Shown here: positions 35,701-38,568 of the stretch, in pieces | How the letters are laid out: every line of letters starts with the position of its first letter | Numbering within the stretch: the stretch's first letter is position 1 | NCBI GenBank assembly: GCA_000934665.2 | Contig: KZ538962.1 | Location: forward strand, 1-38,568 | DNA length: 38,568 nt | Reading direction: 5' to 3' | Origin: Catajapyx aquilonaris | Taxonomy: Eukaryota | The notes under the pieces: model-generated | The model's database searches: none | The model's input: only the letters and a program-made list of their open reading frames with translations | Told to the model about the DNA's origin: nothing | Translations under genes and position numbers: made by a program

Positions 35701-37552
35701 GTGTATGACCAACACTGTACATAATTTTAAGCCGATAAAAAATATGTAGTGTTTGTATCCTATATACACAATAATATTTGTCGTTTTTTCTGCAGTTATG
35801 GCATTTAGCAACAGGACAAGGAGCATATTACGATTAGAAGTCCTGTTTCACCGAAGACTTCGAAACCACATTTTGCAAACTTACATCCCGAGTTTTTTGC
35901 TGATCGTAATTTCATGGATTAGTTTTGTCGTCCCGCCTAAAATAGTTCCTGGAAGGATGGTGCTCCTTGTCACCAGCTTGCTTACCCTGGTCACCATGTA
36001 CAGCAATGTCAGGTAAGGACAATTGAAACATTATATCTTCCTCAATAATGCTTTGTTCCAAAAAAGAACGCTAAAAATAAGGAATCGTTCAACACTTTCA
36101 AAAATTCCTTCCACATTTTTAGTCCGAATTAAGCGGTTAATCTGACCACTATAATCTGGATTTAAATCGTTCCAAGCACATTACTGCCGATACTTCAAAT
36201 ACCCATGATATGAATTCAATTGTCATTTTTAGAATTTGCATTGACACACCGATCTTTGAGTCAAAGGGAATGTAACTAACTCGAATTTACAGTACATTAA
36301 AGCCTATCGGCTAGCGAGCGGGCTAAAAACAATATTATTTGGCCGTTATTGACACGGGCCAGCAATATTGAGCTGTCAGTCTGCACATCAACTGTTGGAA
36401 TGTGAGATCAAAGAGTCCGCTTCCACAACAAGACCACATCTCTATTGATTCGCTAAATTATTTTCCCATGCAGGAATAATTATTCATGCCACACATTTTT
36501 ACGAGCCTGCGTATTTCTGAATGAAAGCCAAGATGTTCAACAATGTGTTTAACGGAAGGCATGATCCCAAATGATATGAGCTTTACATGTTGCACCTGTG
36601 AGCAATTCGGATCAGTTGTTTATATTGGACTGTGGAACTAAAGTGTACAGGGTGAGTTAGAACTCCAGGACAATTCTGGCCAGGGTACTGGTTGGCCCAA
36701 GATCAAAAGTAGCAAACCGATAGCAAACGGTATCCTTCATCGAGTTTAAACCTGGAGAGTTTTAATTTCTTAATAAAATTAGACTCATTCGTTTCAATCT
36801 CAAGCCAAACCGCATTTCTCACCCCTACATTTTAGGCTTGATTTTAGGACTTGTTCTGGGCCAACGAATAGCCCCTCTGGCCAGGAGTTCTGGCTCACCC
36901 TGTATAAGCCTAGTTGTTTTGGCAGCATCAGCCAACAGTAAAGGATATCCGATAATAAACACGCCCGCCAGTAGAGAAAAAAGATTGTAAGTTACATTTT
37001 AAGTGCACCGATATGACAACTGCCATTAACAAACCCATTAAAATACATCATTCATCATCAGAGAAAAAATAGCATCCGTTGTTGTTTCTCCTGTGCCTTG
37101 TTATTAATGAGCTGTTATTACTTGAGTGTCACAACATTTTTATGCTATACACTCACCGTCACAAACAATTGCTCTTACACAATATAAGCCGTCTAAAAAT
37201 ATTTCACTGTTACAGGTCCAACACTCCTGCAGCCAATTCCATCAAATGCATCGAGTTATGGTTGATCGGATGCACCTTTTTCATCTTTTGTGCCATAGTG
37301 GAGTACGCTGTGATCCTGACCTGCGTGTTTCACGTACATCGAGGAGACACCTCTGATGCCGAACAAATGAAGCCTCCAGAAACAAACAGGTGCATGTCAT
37401 GTTTACGTTCCTTGCACCCATTGGACAGAGCAGCTCTGTTGGTTTTTCCTATTGCTTTCGTCGTATTTGCGAGTGCGTACTGGGGGACCTATTTGGGACC
37501 TGCACTTGAAACACATCAGGAACGGATTGAAAAAATGGTTCACAGTTACTAG
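24768..37552 (+). CDS. Divergent Cys-loop (pentameric) ligand-gated ion channel subunit, anion-selective GABA/glycine-receptor-like, 7 exons, 396 aa
   Basis: Exons 24768-24894, 28318-28385, 29441-29661, 33997-34079, 35201-35338, 35796-36012, 37216-37552 join in frame (1191 nt). Signal peptide MACLRIPLLLVLLSLC, LLPDNYDK, WEDNRL, IWVPDL, Cys-loop CNMDFRLFPLDWQHC, M1 QTYIPSFLLIVISWISF, M2 PGRMVLLVTSLLTL, M3 IELWLIGCTFFIFCAIVEYA, M4 LDRAALLVFPIAFVVFASAYW. Internal exon sizes 68/221/83/138 match GABA-A beta-type genes. Confidence 0.95.
25730..25860. repeat. Compound (TTTA)n/(ATT)n/(GTT)n microsatellite
   Basis: Direct reading. Confidence 0.95.
26344..26475. mobile_element. Small hairpin MITE
   Basis: GGGTCAAATTTTCGTCACACTGCTAG...CTAGCAGTGGGACGAAAATTCCACCC; internal ACTGCTA/TAGCAGT repeats; no clean TSD. 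Confidence 0.6.
26671..27272. mobile_element. TIR element with internal tandem repeat array
   Basis: ~38-bp TIR CTTTTGACGTGAA.ACGTCTTTAAAATCGG; three units starting TTCTGTA.CGCTCGAGTTTGCCT with GGATATAGTAGACTC subrepeats. Confidence 0.75.
27314..27545 (-). mobile_element. tRNA-derived SINE family A, full-length copy
   Basis: Intact A and B boxes, 3' hairpin GGAGGTTG...CAACCTCC, tail ATCAATTATAAA, flanking duplication ACCATACT. Confidence 0.9.
27620..27926. mobile_element. Whole-length palindromic (foldback) element, superfamily unassigned
   Basis: TCTTATCGCCTGCC.GGGCGTTTTGCATGAGGTGCTCACTTGAGAGCG... mirrored through to the centre; no TSD seen. Confidence 0.85.
28318..28385 (+). CDS. pLGIC exon 2 (68 nt, beta1)
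   Basis: CTTTTAG acceptor; GPVVVDLLVRVLEVNHVNEDES; donor GTGAGT. Confidence 0.9.
29441..29661 (+). CDS. pLGIC exon 3 (221 nt, loops D, A, E)
   Basis: ELTMTLRVHLFWEDNRL...IWVPDLTVLN; donor GTAAGT. Confidence 0.95.
29681..29764. repeat. (TAG)n microsatellite 20 nt after the pLGIC exon 3 donor
   Basis: Direct reading. Confidence 0.97.
31288..32176. mobile_element. piggyBac-like non-autonomous transposon
   Basis: TTAA TSD, CCCTTTGATG...CATCAAAGGG termini, subterminal inverted blocks, GGA(T/C)TACC(C) and 35-bp internal tandem repeats. Confidence 0.9.
32945..33368. mobile_element. Tc1/mariner-type MITE with ~105-bp TIRs
   Basis: TA TSD; CAGGGTGTATCTGAACTCAGTGCCCCGACG... near-perfect inverted arms. 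Confidence 0.93.
33997..34079 (+). CDS. pLGIC exon 4 (83 nt, Cys-loop)
   Basis: CELTIVCNMDFRLFPLDWQHCPVEFAS; CCACAG/GTAAGT boundaries. Confidence 0.96.
34641..35147. mobile_element. Kolobok-like palindromic MITE (~200-bp near-perfect arms)
   Basis: TTAA TSD, AGGGACACTCCACTCAAAATACAAGTTG...GAGTGTCCCT. Confidence 0.92.
35201..35338 (+). CDS. pLGIC exon 5 (138 nt, loops B, F)
   Basis: YQLPQSSLRFQWRD...LAEYKV; phase 1-1, canonical 138-nt size. Confidence 0.88.
35376..35508. mobile_element. Short hairpin MITE with TA flanks
   Basis: TATCGAGGCAACCGCCAG.GACATTTTCCGAAGCGGCAGAAGAAGGAATC mirrored with one mismatch. Confidence 0.85.
35511..35703. mobile_element. CAC...GTG-terminus palindromic MITE (CACTA/EnSpm-like) with TA duplication
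   Basis: CACTCTAAGAAATGTCCGGGTTAAAT...ATTTAACCCGGACATTTCGTAGAGTG; repeated ATGTCCGGGTTAAAT motifs. Confidence 0.85.
35796..36012 (+). CDS. pLGIC exon 6 (loop C, M1, M2)
   Basis: SILRLEVLFHRRLRNHILQTYIPS...VPGRMVLLVTSLLTL; donor GTAAGG. Confidence 0.96.
36648..36902. mobile_element. Tc1/mariner-type MITE, diverged
   Basis: TA-CAGGGTGAGTTAGAACTCC...GGAGTTCTGGCTCACCCTG-TA. Confidence 0.8.
37216..37552 (+). CDS. pLGIC exon 7 (M3, short loop, M4, stop)
   Basis: TTACAG acceptor; IKCIELWLIGC...VEYA...LDRAALLVFP...YW; TAA. Confidence 0.95.
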
Positions 37553-38568
37553 GCACTTTATGGATCAGCATATTGCTTCACCGGTTGGTATATGGTAGAG
37601 TACTATCGGTACAGTATTATAGCGGACACTTTCCCATAAAAAGGACATGAAAGTGTCTGGAATAATATTGTACTGATAGTACATAGATACTGGCAATTGG
37701 TGTGTGATACTCCTGCTTGCTTTATACCGCTTTGTCCTTATTAAGCAGTTTTATTGGTGCAGGCAAGTAACAGGCAAAAGGCATCCTCCCAATCATAAGG
37801 AGGAAAGTCGCTTGTATGGCTTGATGTCAGTAAATAAAGCAAACACTTTCAGGTTGTGGCATAATGTAGTGATGTGCTTTTTTAGCGACAGTATCGATAT
37901 GTGCTTGATGTTTCTGCTGTTACGGTAGCTTTTGAATCGCGCTGTATGTTCATGCCCATTTCCCATAGACCCGTTGTAGATAGAAAATAAAGTGCTGATA
38001 TTTTTCTCGCTTATTCTGATACTGCACTATATGGTCGAACTATATGGAGTGAGGTTTGAATTCAGCCCAAAAGCTTGGAACCAGAGTTTATTAAGGCAGT
38101 GGGCCAATGGCAGCATGCCTGCTGGTGAGGGAGGGTATAATCGGGGAATTATTGCAATAGGGGTCCGTGAGGTGCCCCGCGGTCCAAATCGATGTTTCAC
38201 TCATTTTATGTGGAATATTCTGGCACTTACTTTTTAAAACTATCGGCAGTAATATTGACATAGTATTGATATTAGTCATCGCAGTTTGGAGGAACTGAAA
38301 ATTAAAACTTCTAGCGTGCCTTACAGAAGAGGAAGTATCTGCTTACCTTGCGGTGAATGAGTTACTTATGGTCAAATATACACAAACATTGTTTACAACT
38401 TTCAAGTTACAATTGCATATGGGGGTGAATGAGCAGATTCTCACTCGAGTCATTTTGAGTTTGAAGTTTGATTAACCCTTTTCTATCCGCTATTGTTTGG
38501 CGCTTTTTCTAGGGGTCCACATAATATTTTTTTCTGTCTCTCAGGAGGCCCGCAAGGGCATGCCATCT

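Noticed and set aside
24895..35795. Rdl-style mutually exclusive duplicates of the 68-nt or 138-nt exons
   Set aside because: No second copy was seen by eye in the introns.
38520..38568. Strong splice acceptor at the window end
   Set aside because: Only about 24 nt follow, so it cannot be assigned.

Overview
Eukaryotic, repeat-rich genomic window, probably from an arthropod and possibly a crustacean (inferred from the gene families, not proven). Two intact, spliced + strand genes can be assembled by hand with GT-AG introns and consistent phases. The first is a Methuselah-like (Mth) 7TM GPCR (16239-19549, 7 exons, about 492 aa; the true N-terminus is uncertain). The second is a divergent anion-type Cys-loop ligand-gated ion channel subunit (24768-37552, 7 exons, 396 aa) with a PGR selectivity motif and a heavily substituted agonist pocket. 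Two tRNA-Trp(CCA) genes lie on the - strand at 14463-14534 and 14800-14871. The rest is non-autonomous mobile DNA (hAT-, Kolobok-, piggyBac-, Tc1/mariner-, CACTA-like and DINE-1/Helentron-like elements, tRNA-derived SINEs) plus microsatellites, often nested. The most notable observations are the orphan-like channel pocket, its start codon in the loop of a perfect 12-bp hairpin, its exon 5 bracketed by long hairpins including a nested triple palindrome, and the Mth gene sitting between two direct repeats. I found no evidence of a wholly new multi-gene system. Most ORFs in the supplied track appear spurious.
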